The position numbers and the translations under genes are program-made. Under the pieces are notes generated by a model that was not told the origin of the DNA, ran no database searches, and saw only the letters and a list, made by a program, of their open reading frames with translations. A DNA stretch of 63,759 nucleotides, taken from Octopus bimaculoides. Taxonomy: Eukaryota. Every line of letters starts with the position of its first letter. Within the stretch, counting starts at the first letter, position 1. Positions 52,296 to 63,759 of the stretch are shown in pieces. The stretch spans positions 1,302,656 to 1,366,414 of the forward strand of contig NC_069003.1 in NCBI RefSeq assembly GCF_001194135.2. Reading direction: 5' to 3'.

Positions 52296-53708
52296 TCACT
52301 TCCTTATCTTATTCATTTTCTTCTCACATGTCTAAGGCCCCGATATCCCTAATGTTCTGCCGTTTTCCAAGGAAAGTAGTAGCTGAAAGGTTTCATTGTT
52401 CTTTTGTAGACATGAAGATACCTGCCATTGTGTTGGCTCCAGCGTGGACATTGCTCATGATTTTAATTATGTCTCCAGAGCAAAGGATTATGATGTTCTT
52501 GTTACTGTTGTGCTTTTACTCATTTCTTTATCTCTCGATTTGTTTTTGTTCTTTATTTGTGTGTGTTTCATGTTGTTGTTGTTGTTGTTGTTGTTATTGT
52601 AACTGTTTTAACAACCATCTGGTATATATCAGCGAGTAACACGAACATGAAAGCAAGGTATTTCATACCATACCACGGTTCCAAAGAAAAAGAAGAAGAA
52701 ATGGTGAGAGGCGGAGAGGAGGAAGAGGAGAAAGGAGAAGATAAGAACAATGAATCAGATAAAGGTGACGAATTTTCTTATGGAGGTGAGAGTGAAAAAA
52801 ACAAGATAATATTAATGATAATGACAACAAAAAAGATGACAATATGATGATGTAATGAGACGGACGTACTTTGCTTGTTTTAGATGGAGTGATCCTTAAA
52901 GTCTCTATTTGTGAACATTTACGTGGTTAGGAATGTGTTTGTATGCATCTATCTGTGTGTGTACGTATACACATATACATACATGGATACAAACCCGACA
53001 GTGTACTATCTCAGAAACACACATACATGCGTATATACAAACGTACTCCAATCCCTCAACTAACGTGGCTGTTACGTTCCAAACCCCCTTGCGATAGGTG
53101 AAAATTCGCGAAGCACAAACAATACTGTATTGCATATTTTTGAAAATTATTTTTATAATTTGTATATATTTATTTTATTGTAACTGCAAAACAACACCAC
53201 ACACTCGCCTCCCGAGCGTCATTTCTCATACAATATATCCGATTCTTTGTTTAACTCATCTATGATACATTACGTATTTTCTTTTAATATATTTTAATTA
53301 ATACGTTATACAGTGCAGTACTGTTATGTATTTTTATTTATTAATTTTTAGGCGTGATAATGGTTATTTTAACGCAGAAATAATTAATACATATATTAAA
53401 AATTATCTATTTGAAAAAAAATATGAATCCTGTAGATGAGGTCAGGACGATATTGGAGGAGTATCTTTCATCACGGACAAGTGAATTTTGAATGAGTGGC
53501 CTTGCAAGTCTAGCAAATAAATGGAAAAGTATTGTAGATTAAAACAGAACTTTGTTTATCTTAATATAAAAATTTTAAAAAATGGTAAAAAAAAACCCAA
53601 CTTCCTTTTTGTGATAACCTAATACGTGTGAAAATAAGTTTTAAATGCACTCAGAATAGTTGAAATATTTTCCGTATACTTCTACTTGTGTGGGATAAAA
53701 TAACTTTG

Positions 53709-53744
<36 letters not shown>

Positions 53745-53956
53745 CTACACACATAAAGGAATTGTATATATTTGTGGAGGAATATGGTTTATGCCTCCAC
53801 GTGCCAAGTCAATTATATATGCACGCTCGCGTGCGCTTGAATAGGGATGTGCCAGTGAGCACGCCTGCCAATGTATGAATTTAAACAGACGCATACTTAC
53901 AATCTAAAGATATCATTTATTTTTACAGCTGAACTTCTATATATGATTATTGTAGG

Positions 53957-53991
<35 letters not shown>

Positions 53992-54599
53992 ATTGTGTGC
54001 ACGTGTATAAATACGTGCGTGTGTGTGTATGGCTTTTTCTTAGTGTGTTTGAGTATGCGTACGTGTGTGTTTTTTCTTTGGTAACGTGGCAAACGCCTGC
54101 AATGGAACTCATATACCGTGTCTAATTGTTATATAATAGACTGCTTAGTGAGGATGCACAACGAAACAGGAAGAAACACGAAATAAAAAGAAAAAAAAGA
54201 ATTATCAACAACAACAACAACAACAACAACAGCACTAATAACTTCAACCACAGGAACCACGGCATTAGAAGCGCCGCAGCAATTATGCATCAAACAATCA
54301 GGCATCAATTGTGTTACCGGAATAAAGAACAATAACATAAAGAAAGAATAAGGTTAGATAACTTCGGCAAATCGTGTCCCTGCACTCAGGTATGTGTCCA
54401 ACTGAGATGTTATTGGACTGTATCATAGCTCTAGCAAATTCTACAACGCTGTGTTGATAACAAGGAATGGCATAGTAAACGGTAAAACTGAAGGTATTTC
54501 GATCTGGGTCAAGCAACAATTGCTGCTCTCTGCAACGAAACAGTCAAACTTGGTGATCTAAAGATGACAAAGTGCAACAGGTGGAAATAATAAGAACGG

Positions 54600-55112
54600 T
54601 TGTTTGTTTATTCTTTCGGAGTCGATAAAATAAGTACTAGTTGAGCTGTAGGGGCGGTGTGATCGACTTGCCCCCCCCCCATCACACCTCCATCGAAAAT
54701 TGCCGGCGTTTCGTTCGTGTTTACTTTCGGATTTCTAACTCTATAGCAGTCGACTTTCTCTTTCATCCTTTCGGATTTGATGAAATAAATTTCCTTCGAA
54801 CATTGGGCTCGATTTAGTCGACAAGCTTCATCACCTAACAAAAATTTCAAGTCTGCTACTTATGATAGAAAGAATTATTGGGATTCGGTGGTGAACCTGC
54901 AGAATCTTTTGCGCGTTGGACAAAAGAGGAAAAAAAAAATAGCGGGGCATTTCTTTAGGTGTTTTACGCGCTGTGTTCAAGTAGCGACGCGACAACTTTG
55001 CCTTTTATTATTTCGGGGTCAAGAATCTAATGTAAGAACCAAGCACTGAGGCTATGCAATCGATTAATCTTTATCCCTTTACTTTCGCTGGCCCTGAGCC
55101 AAAATTGTGAAA
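54600..55112 (+). mobile_element. Head-to-tail array of three SINE family B copies or fragments
   Basis: The tttcgg(ag/at/gg)..ataaaata core recurs near 54615, 54770 and 55010; tails near 54690, 54870 and 55100; head cggtggtgaacctgcagaatc at 54886. Confidence 0.7.
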
Positions 55113-55721
55113 TTCACATTATTGTTATTATCAATATTTTGTAATTACTATGCACACGATGGTAATAGGAATATTACATGGAAAACTAATCAAAGCGATG
55201 ATCTTCGCAACCAGAATCGGCTATTTTGGCATCGAATTTAACGGTATTCGAAATAGATGAAATGCGCAGTTTGATTACCAGGACAGCAACTTAGGGGTCA
55301 TTAACAGCGAGTCCCTCTTCTAGCTTCATAAGAGAATAAAATGATACGGTGCAAATGATTAAACGAGGAGCTTGTTAGATGTATAAATATATATGGGAAC
55401 AGAGTTAATGCTGAGACAAGACAAATAGCAATGTGTGGTGCTGAAGACAGTAGGCGTGTTTAGAGTTTTAAAGGTGCTAGAGGTATTGTAGGTATTTTAA
55501 GGGGATAATGATATATAAATGATCACTGAAAGTGGAGTACGGATATTGATTTTGTACCAATTCCACTTGTACTGGATGATCTGTTGCCGGTTAATATGTA
55601 GGGCATTAATCCAATATATTGACGGTTTCTTCATCTCTGCAACCAAAACTGCTGTTACTGTTAGTTGTGTTCTGCTCATTGTTCTTCTTGCATCTGTTTC
55701 AGAAGGCGTTGGTATATAATA

Positions 55722-55884
55722 GACGCAGGCTTGGCTGTGTGGTAAGAAGCTTGATTCCCGACCACATGGTTCTGGGTTCCCTCCCACTGCGTGGAATCTT
55801 CGGCAAGTGTCTTCTGCTATAACTTCGGGCCGACGAAAGCCGTGTGAATGGATTTGGTAGAAGGAAGCCCGTCGTATATATATC
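55722..55884 (+). mobile_element. SINE family A, 5' half ending at the microsatellite
   Basis: gacgcaggcttggctgtgtggtaagaagcttg..ccacatggttctgggttc..cccactgcgtgg..ggcaagtgtcttctgctataac..gaagcccgtcgtatatatat. Confidence 0.92.
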
Positions 55885-56336
55885 ACCAATGAAAATCACC
55901 TAGAGCTTTTGCATTTATGAACTAAAATTTCATTTACTGATATTATAGTTTTTGCGTTATAAGCAGTGTTGACTGTAAATTCAATCTGATGAAATATTTC
56001 AGCTTAATGAAAGAAACATGTTTACCAAAATGATTGTAATTTAATATACTACAAGAAGAGAAATGGTTCTCTCGGATAGAAAAGATATCTGCAAACCAAA
56101 ACAGTAAACACACTGACATACACATTACCACATGCATGCATAAGCGCACAGAGGCACTCGGAACACGCAAGTGCATGTGAACTTACGAAATTATGACAAC
56201 ACACTCACATGGGCTTGCAAATATGTGTACGTAGAGCTAAATGCTTTGAGCCCCAAAATAGAAAGGATTGTAAAAAAATAGAAAAATCTAAGAAAAATAT
56301 GCTCATTCTATAATAACACTATATATTGTTCTTTAA

Positions 56337-56381
<45 letters not shown>

Positions 56382-56392
56382 ATATATATCTA

Positions 56393-56463
<71 letters not shown>

Positions 56464-56669
56464 TCGTCGAAAACATACTTCACAAATTGCAATGTACGTT
56501 CTGCTATGTATCTGTGTAAAGTTTGAAGAATTTCACACATGACGTCAAACTCATGGAAATTCCAAAACTCTGATAAAAAAAGATGTTGCTTTTATTCTTG
56601 TATGTATATAAGTACATGATATATATTTGGTGAAGCCATAATTACTTTACGCCAGTATTTCTAAAATGA

Positions 56670-56704
<35 letters not shown>

Positions 56705-57129
56705 TGTATACGCACTTTTACTCTTGTGTGACGAAGTGTACAGAAACAAACGCACACATACAAACAGAATCTCACAAGGCACATGTATATATATGTACAT
56801 ATATACATACATCGTAGATAGGAGTGCGCATCTTATCCGAATTATCCTATTAAAACATTTTTATGTCTGCACAAATTTACGTTCTTTCTTATGAATATAC
56901 ATTAAAACACAAACTATACACTCAAACCTATGTATATTCTATGCATACCGGCATTCATAAACACCCGCCATGCATATGTATATATAAATTTTATATATGT
57001 ATTTGTGTGTATGTGTGTGTGTGTGTGTAGTATATATGAATATATATATATACTAACATATATATACATATACATATCTATATATATATAAATTCATTTC
57101 AATACATAGATAAATATACATATATACAT

Positions 57130-57151
57130 GTATATATATATATATATTTAC

Positions 57152-57233
<82 letters not shown>

Positions 57234-57260
57234 ACACACGCGTGTGTGTGTGTGTGTGCA
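57130..57260. repeat. (CA)n followed by inverted (TG)n
   Basis: Directly visible. Confidence 0.9.
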
Positions 57261-57789
57261 GATATAGTGCAAATGTTCAAGTTCGTTTGAAAGTATGCAC
57301 ATTTCCCAGCCATTATGAAGAAATATCACACATCGGTGTGTTTTCTTCTTGAAGGCAGTGGAGGTGATGTAATTGAATGAAGCCGCAGGAAATTTCGCAA
57401 AGAATAAAGTGACGCCATTGCAAGTATGAAGATACTTTATGCCCAAAGACACGCAACCAAATATCTGACACATACATCACAGTCTACTGAGAGGGATGCA
57501 GATCCGTTTATGTTTCTATTCATAACAGTACGTGAGCGTACGTGTGTTTCGAGCATATGTCTAAATACATACACACATGCATACATACATATGCACTTAT
57601 ATATAAGTATATGCAAATACGTATATATATGTATTTGTGCGTATATATGTATGTATATATACATATATATATATATATGTAGCTCTATTGTTGTGTAGAT
57701 AGATAATAGATAGATGCATATAGATAAACATATAAATATATATAATCAGACATACATATACGTACATGCACACAGACGTGTATATATAT

Positions 57790-57831
<42 letters not shown>

Positions 57832-58775
57832 TCACATATATATCTGAGTGTGTGTTTGTGTTTGAGTGTGTCTTTGTATGTCTATGGATATGCATCTATA
57901 TAAACATATCGGTATATATCTAGATGGTTTACTTTATTTTGCGCCCACCCAAACGTCGCTTCGTTTATGCAACACAAAATATGTAAAAAGATAAGCTAAG
58001 TGCTTTCTAAATTTATAACTAATTGCAATTACAATTATATTACTTTCTTTACTTTTACAAATTTCCTAACTTATTTTGTATTAATCTTAGAGGGGAAAAC
58101 GTCAAAATACATCGCACTTGTATAATCTTTTAACCAATAGNNNNNNNNNNNNNNNNNNNNNNNNNNNNNNNNNNNNNNNNNNNNNNNNNNNNNNNNNNNN
58201 NNNNNNNNNNNNNNNNNNNNNNNNNNNNNNNNNNNNNNNNNNNNNNNNNNNNNNNNNNNNNNNNNNNNNNNNNNNNNNNNNNNNNNNNNNNNNNNNNNNN
58301 NNNNNNNNNNNNNNNNNNNNNNNNNNNNNNNNNNNNNNNNNNNNNNNNNNNNNNNNNNNNNNNNNNNNNNNNNNNNNNNNNNNNNNNNNNNNNNNNNNNN
58401 NNNNNNNNNNNNNNNNNNNNNNNNNNNNNNNNNNNNNNNNNNNNNNNNNNNNNNNNNNNNNNNNNNNNNNNNNNNNNNNNNNNNNNNNNNNNNNNNNNNN
58501 NNNNNNNNNNNNNNNNNNNNNNNNNNNNNNNNNNNNNNNNNNNNNNNNNNNNNNNNNNNNNNNNNNNNNNNNNNNNNNNNNNNNNNNNNNNNNNNNNNNN
58601 NNNNNNNNNNNNNNNNNNNNNNNNNNNNNNNNNNNNNNNNNNNNNNNNNNNNNNNNNNNNNNNNNNNNNNNNNNNNNNNNNNNNNNNNNNNNNNNNNNNN
58701 NNNNNNNNNNNNNNNNNNNNNNNNNNNNNNNNNNNNNNNNNNNNNNNNNNNNNNNNNNNNNNNNNNNNNNNCATA

Positions 58776-58814
<39 letters not shown>

Positions 58815-59294
58815 GGAGAGAGAGAGAGAGAGAGATAGCAATAGTTTCATGAGAGACACTGAAATTTTTACAACACCATTTCAATTCAATTTGTTAGCTT
58901 CTCGATGCTTTTGAAGAGTAGAATGTTTTCTTTATATCACACAAATTACGTGACGTTTTCTATGACGTGGCTTCATCCAACGTTCCCATTGGGCGCTGCT
59001 AAAATATGGATGTAAGTTACAATTCAGTACAGCTTTCCCTATAATTATCAATCGCTCTCTTCCCATCCGTACTGCAACCCTCCTAACTCTTCAGAAACAG
59101 AATTTCCGATGCATTCCACTGAACTGAATATTACTTATATCGCCATGGTTTCTTCTAGCACATAGCATGCAATTATATCGACAGAGTTACTTTTTTAACT
59201 ACGTAGTAGTTTGCGGACTTGCTGGATCAAACACACCCATGTTTTGCAAACCGTAACACTAAATGCAACATATAATCTATAAAAATGATTCTGG

Positions 59295-59351
<57 letters not shown>

Positions 59352-60697
59352 TATATAAATTTACGTTCTCGTATGATATGTATATTGATGGTTGCTACTA
59401 AAGTCAGTGACATTTATATAGACTTAGGAACATTCTTATATAATACTGATATTCGTTCGAGTTATATACAACCTTTTGACATACGACAGAGTCGTCAACC
59501 AAAGTGGATAAAATATCTACGGCTTCTGCTGGTGCTACTACTACTACTACTGCTACTACTACTGCTGCTGCTGCTGCCGCCGCCGGACATTGTTGTGGTG
59601 AATAAAAATTAAGAACAAGTATGAAAGTACCGAGATATAAGTAAGTAAATAAATAAATAATAATAATAATGGGGAGGCGGAGGTGGAAGAGGGATAGAAC
59701 GTAAGAGAACTTGAATATTCACTTCCTGCTCCGTCATTTATTCTGAGAATCATTTAGAACGACAGAAAAAATAGAAGAATTATATTTAGTAGTTTACTCT
59801 GAGATTCATTTGATCGCACCCCCACCCCAGAAAAATAAAAAGCAAAGTTGCCTTCAGTTACGTTGGAACTCTGAAACGTAGAGGAACATCAAAGTTGTTG
59901 GGAGGAAAATACAAAAGGAAACTCAGCAGAAGGAATTGCATCGTAGAGAAATTATTGACTGTCGAGTCCAACGCTTAAAAAACAAAACTTACAACTCTTA
60001 TACCAGAGATTAAAATATGAAAGAAATATTTTTATAAATGGAACTGTCATTTGAAAGTCCGGTATCAGCTCCAAGCTTCAATACGAATGTCACAACGGAA
60101 AATAAATAACCTTAAACAAATGCTGAGAAGTCTAGCAATTGTGAGTAAAAAAAAAAAAAAAAATGAACGGCAACAGATTCAGTGGGATCACATCTGTCAG
60201 AATCTTGCAAGAGTACAAAGAAAATGTTTGACACTTCATAGTAAACAATATCATAAATAAAGGAACAGATGTGGACGGGTGTGTCTAAAGCCCTCCTCTG
60301 GTTAAAAAAAAAGGGAAAACGTTGAATTATTCCATTGTGTCTGTTCCAAAAATCATACAGCAAAAAATTACAAGGGCATAATATATATTTCATGCATGCA
60401 CGCACACAGTCCTCACACCCAAATATGCAGATACATACACACATGATATAATTTATGTATGTAAGTGTTTGCATAAGTGTAAACAGGCATTTATGATTGC
60501 TTTGAGAAACCTAAGAAGTGAGGAGTGATTTGATAATATCACCATCTTGCTCGTAAATTTTTAACCCCCATGCGCCATCCGTCGTGGTCCTATATTACCT
60601 GATTAAGGACTTCAGGAAGCCATTGAGTATCTCTGGTGAGTTGATCTACACATGTTGTTTTCGGACGAACTATTCTAATACGGCCATTATTTTGGCA

Positions 60698-61550
60698 TAC
60701 CGGGTGATATCAAAAAGTTCCCTGACAAACTCTGCAGCGCGCCAACAGATGGCAGCAGATAGTTGCGTGCGCATGAGAACTAGCGGTGCGCTTCATGCGG
60801 CACTGTACCGAGTTACATCACTTTCTCTAGATCGCGAGTTGGGAAGTTTGTTTCTGTTACCACGTGTAGTCTGCGATTTTGTCTTGGACAAGAAGTTGGA
60901 ATAAAGGGTCAGCATGGAATTTAGCGTTAAACTTGGGAGTCTTCAACCGTGACATTGTGTAAGCTTACGGCATCGAGGAAATAGGTCGTATGCTGTGTTT
61001 AGAGTTGCACGGGCATTTCAAAAGCGGAAAAAAAACGTTCCTGGAAAACAATGAACGATTGGAAGACTTGCCACGGGCTTAACCCCCAGAAATTCTTCTT
61101 CAGGAACGGACTGTCAATCGAAAGTTCTACAGTGACTTTTTGATGCATTTTGGAGAGTACATTCGCTGTGGAGCGTGAAGAACTAAATATTTCACGATTC
61201 ACCCTGTCTCCGAGCTCTCCTCACTCGTGAGATTCTCGCCAGAAACAACATGGTATCACTTCCACCAGATTTTTTCCCTTGCGGACTTCTATCTCTTTCC
61301 CAAGATGAAAATTCAGCACAATGGTCGCCGTTTAAACACCGTTGTTGAGATCCAGAGGAAATCATGGAGGGTTATCGACTCGCTTTGGGGAAATATTTTC
61401 CAGGCCTGATTCCAAAAGCGACAGTAACACCTGGACCGGTGTTTTGGTGTGCAAGTTGACTATTTCGAAGATTATGATAAAACGTAGGTAAATGAATTGC
61501 TTTTTTTATTAAACATAACCAGTACGGAAACGTTTTGATACCACCTCGTA
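60698..61550 (+). mobile_element. Internally deleted mariner with both TIRs and TA ends
   Basis: Left end taccgggtgatatcaaaaagttccctgac; right end reverse complement tacgaggtggtatcaaaacgtttccgtac; residual KKLE*RVSMEFSVKLG, ERTVNRKFY, ADFYLFPKMKIQHNGRRLNTVVEIQ, VDYFE. Confidence 0.92.
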
Positions 61551-62252
61551 CAAAGCAGTAATTCACTTGCCAGCTCTTGTTTATTTCGTCAAGAATGTCC
61601 CGCAATGCATAAGCGCCTCCCTTACAATGTAGAAAACAAGTAGAGTGTCTCGATGCAGCTGTTTCTTGGTGAAATAAATTCTTCAAGACATGTTTAACAT
61701 ATATGAATATTAATAAATTCACGTAGTAAACGAAATATTTATGTACAACAAAATATTCTTATATCGTAGAATATCCATCTCAAATATCTATAAACAAATC
61801 CTAGCTGTTCTTTTCACGGTACCTTCAGTTCTCTTTAGATGAAAATATTCATGGAAGATCTGGAAAAATGTCATTAAAAGAATTCCTCTGAATCTGTTTA
61901 AAATAGTTTAGTGTTCAATTTTCAGACACCTTTAACCCGCCAAAGTTTTAAATTTACTGTTTCCATTGTTTTTTTTTTCTTTTATTGTTTTGTAATTTCG
62001 TGGAATATTTTTCTTTAATGTCTCCTACATAGCGAAAATCCTACTGAGAATTTTATATATTCCTTTCCTGGCCAAACCTCTACGTTTCATTACAAGCATT
62101 CTGCTCACTCTATTTTGGTTTTACTTTTTATCCTAATAACCTAAAATTCTTCAACAAAATATTTCACGATCAGAACACAACATTCGGAAATTTATCATTC
62201 TATTCCCGAGAGAAATTTCAATCGCCGCTTACACATTCCAATGTAATCGAAA

Positions 62253-62288
<36 letters not shown>

Positions 62289-63759
62289 CAGAGAATAGAC
62301 CAACATGAGTTTAAGATATTCATCATATTATATTCAAATGTCGAAAAATATTTCCCAACACTCTCTAGTAATTAAGTCTTTGCACAAACCTTTATTTCTG
62401 TATATTCTGTTATAGAATAGACTAGCAAATATGAATACAGCCCGTTACATATTATTCAAGTATATTAGTACAAAGTATTAAATACTATACAGAATGTATG
62501 GGTCCCTTGCGCAATAAGCAAAAGAGAGCGATGGTGTATTTATGGGAAATAAAATTTCAAGTAATTTTTTAGATATAATAATTTATATATTATAAGACAG
62601 TATGTAATACTGGACAACAATTTTTAACATAATGTCTGTTTAGTACGACTCTTCACTTGATTTGCATTAAAATTGGTTGATTTCAAAACGATGGTTATTT
62701 TGTCTTCAGTCACATCAATCTTTTTTTCTTACAATTTACTCGCTGAATACGAAAAGTTATATTGTTTGCACGGAAATAATAGGATTGGTCAGCCGACTGT
62801 TTTCCTCATCTTAATGATAAGGAGTGAGCATTTGTCAGATCTGACGATTTTCTGTTGAGCTTTGGAAAGTATGGCAGCTGAGGGACAGTATAAAATCTCC
62901 CTCTAAATCGTAAATCACGATTATTGACCAATCAAATATCTTTGGTGGTCTTCGATCCTTGACAATCGAAGTCGTGCCTAATTCAGCAGCAACCCAGGGG
63001 ACACTCATCACTCAGTTGCTGTCTCTTTAATAATTGGATGAGAGAGAATTTTGCGACACCAATCATGAGCATTTTGAAACGTGCCAGAATGTGATACAAC
63101 GGAAAGGGCGTTCCGTTGTGTAATACACTTTCATACACTATATTATGTCGGAGTATGTAAAGTATATATACACAGACACATCCACAAAGAAAANNNNNNN
63201 NNNNNNNNNNNNNNNNNNNNNNNNNNNNNNNNNNNNNNNNNNNNNNNNNNNNNNNNNNNNNNNNNNNNNNNNNNNNNNNNNNNNNNNNNNNNNTATATAT
63301 ATATACATACATAACATACACACAGCTTACGATATAAAGCGTTGTTTAATGAAAAGTATCAGCAAAATATATTTCCTACAAAATGATAGTACTGAGAAGA
63401 AAAACACAATCATAACCACACATATAGAGAATCAGGCAGAAGGAGACTGGCAAATGCACGCACACACACACACGCACACATACACACGGCACACACGCTC
63501 CACACCACACACACCTACGCACAAACAAACAGACTGACACACGCACCCAGGCGTCCGCGCACGTAAATATGTAGGCGGTACTTCTACAATGGCTGTCAGT
63601 ACTGTCAAAATGCGTTTGCTAGGAATTCATTTATCAAGGTAAGCTTTTATGCTATGTTGGCATCTTTTACCTGAGGATAGGAATAGCGATAATGAAGAGA
63701 TGATGACGATGAAGGTGATTGTTATTAGGAGGATGCTCATGCTGCTAGTGATGATGAAG

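Noticed and set aside
55986-56020. CUGAUGA..GAAAC hammerhead look-alike
   Set aside because: Stem II cannot form, and CUGA pairs locally with UCAG.
57355-57423. Exon-like segment with a good acceptor and gtatga donor
   Set aside because: All three frames contain stops.

Overview
AT-rich, microsatellite-saturated eukaryotic scaffold with 15 N gaps, most bordered by (TA)n. The SINE repertoire strongly suggests an octopus genome (inference from recalled repeat consensus, not a database hit). I found no long credible CDS; almost all listed ORFs come from N-runs or simple repeats. Supported content: about 11 copies or fragments of a long tRNA-headed SINE with an internal microsatellite (family A); about 14 of a short tRNA-headed SINE (family B), some head-to-tail; and two longer SINEs that share a 3' body but have different heads. 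There are also three mariner fossils (one internally deleted with both TIRs and TA ends) and one L1/Tx1 ORF2 fragment. The most notable signals are a near-perfect minimal type I hammerhead ribozyme fold (15224-15269, minus) and a second, more decayed one (50782-50837, minus), both resembling those of Penelope-like elements. Several short segments with good splice signals on both strands may be exons of unidentified genes spanning the window; these are low confidence.
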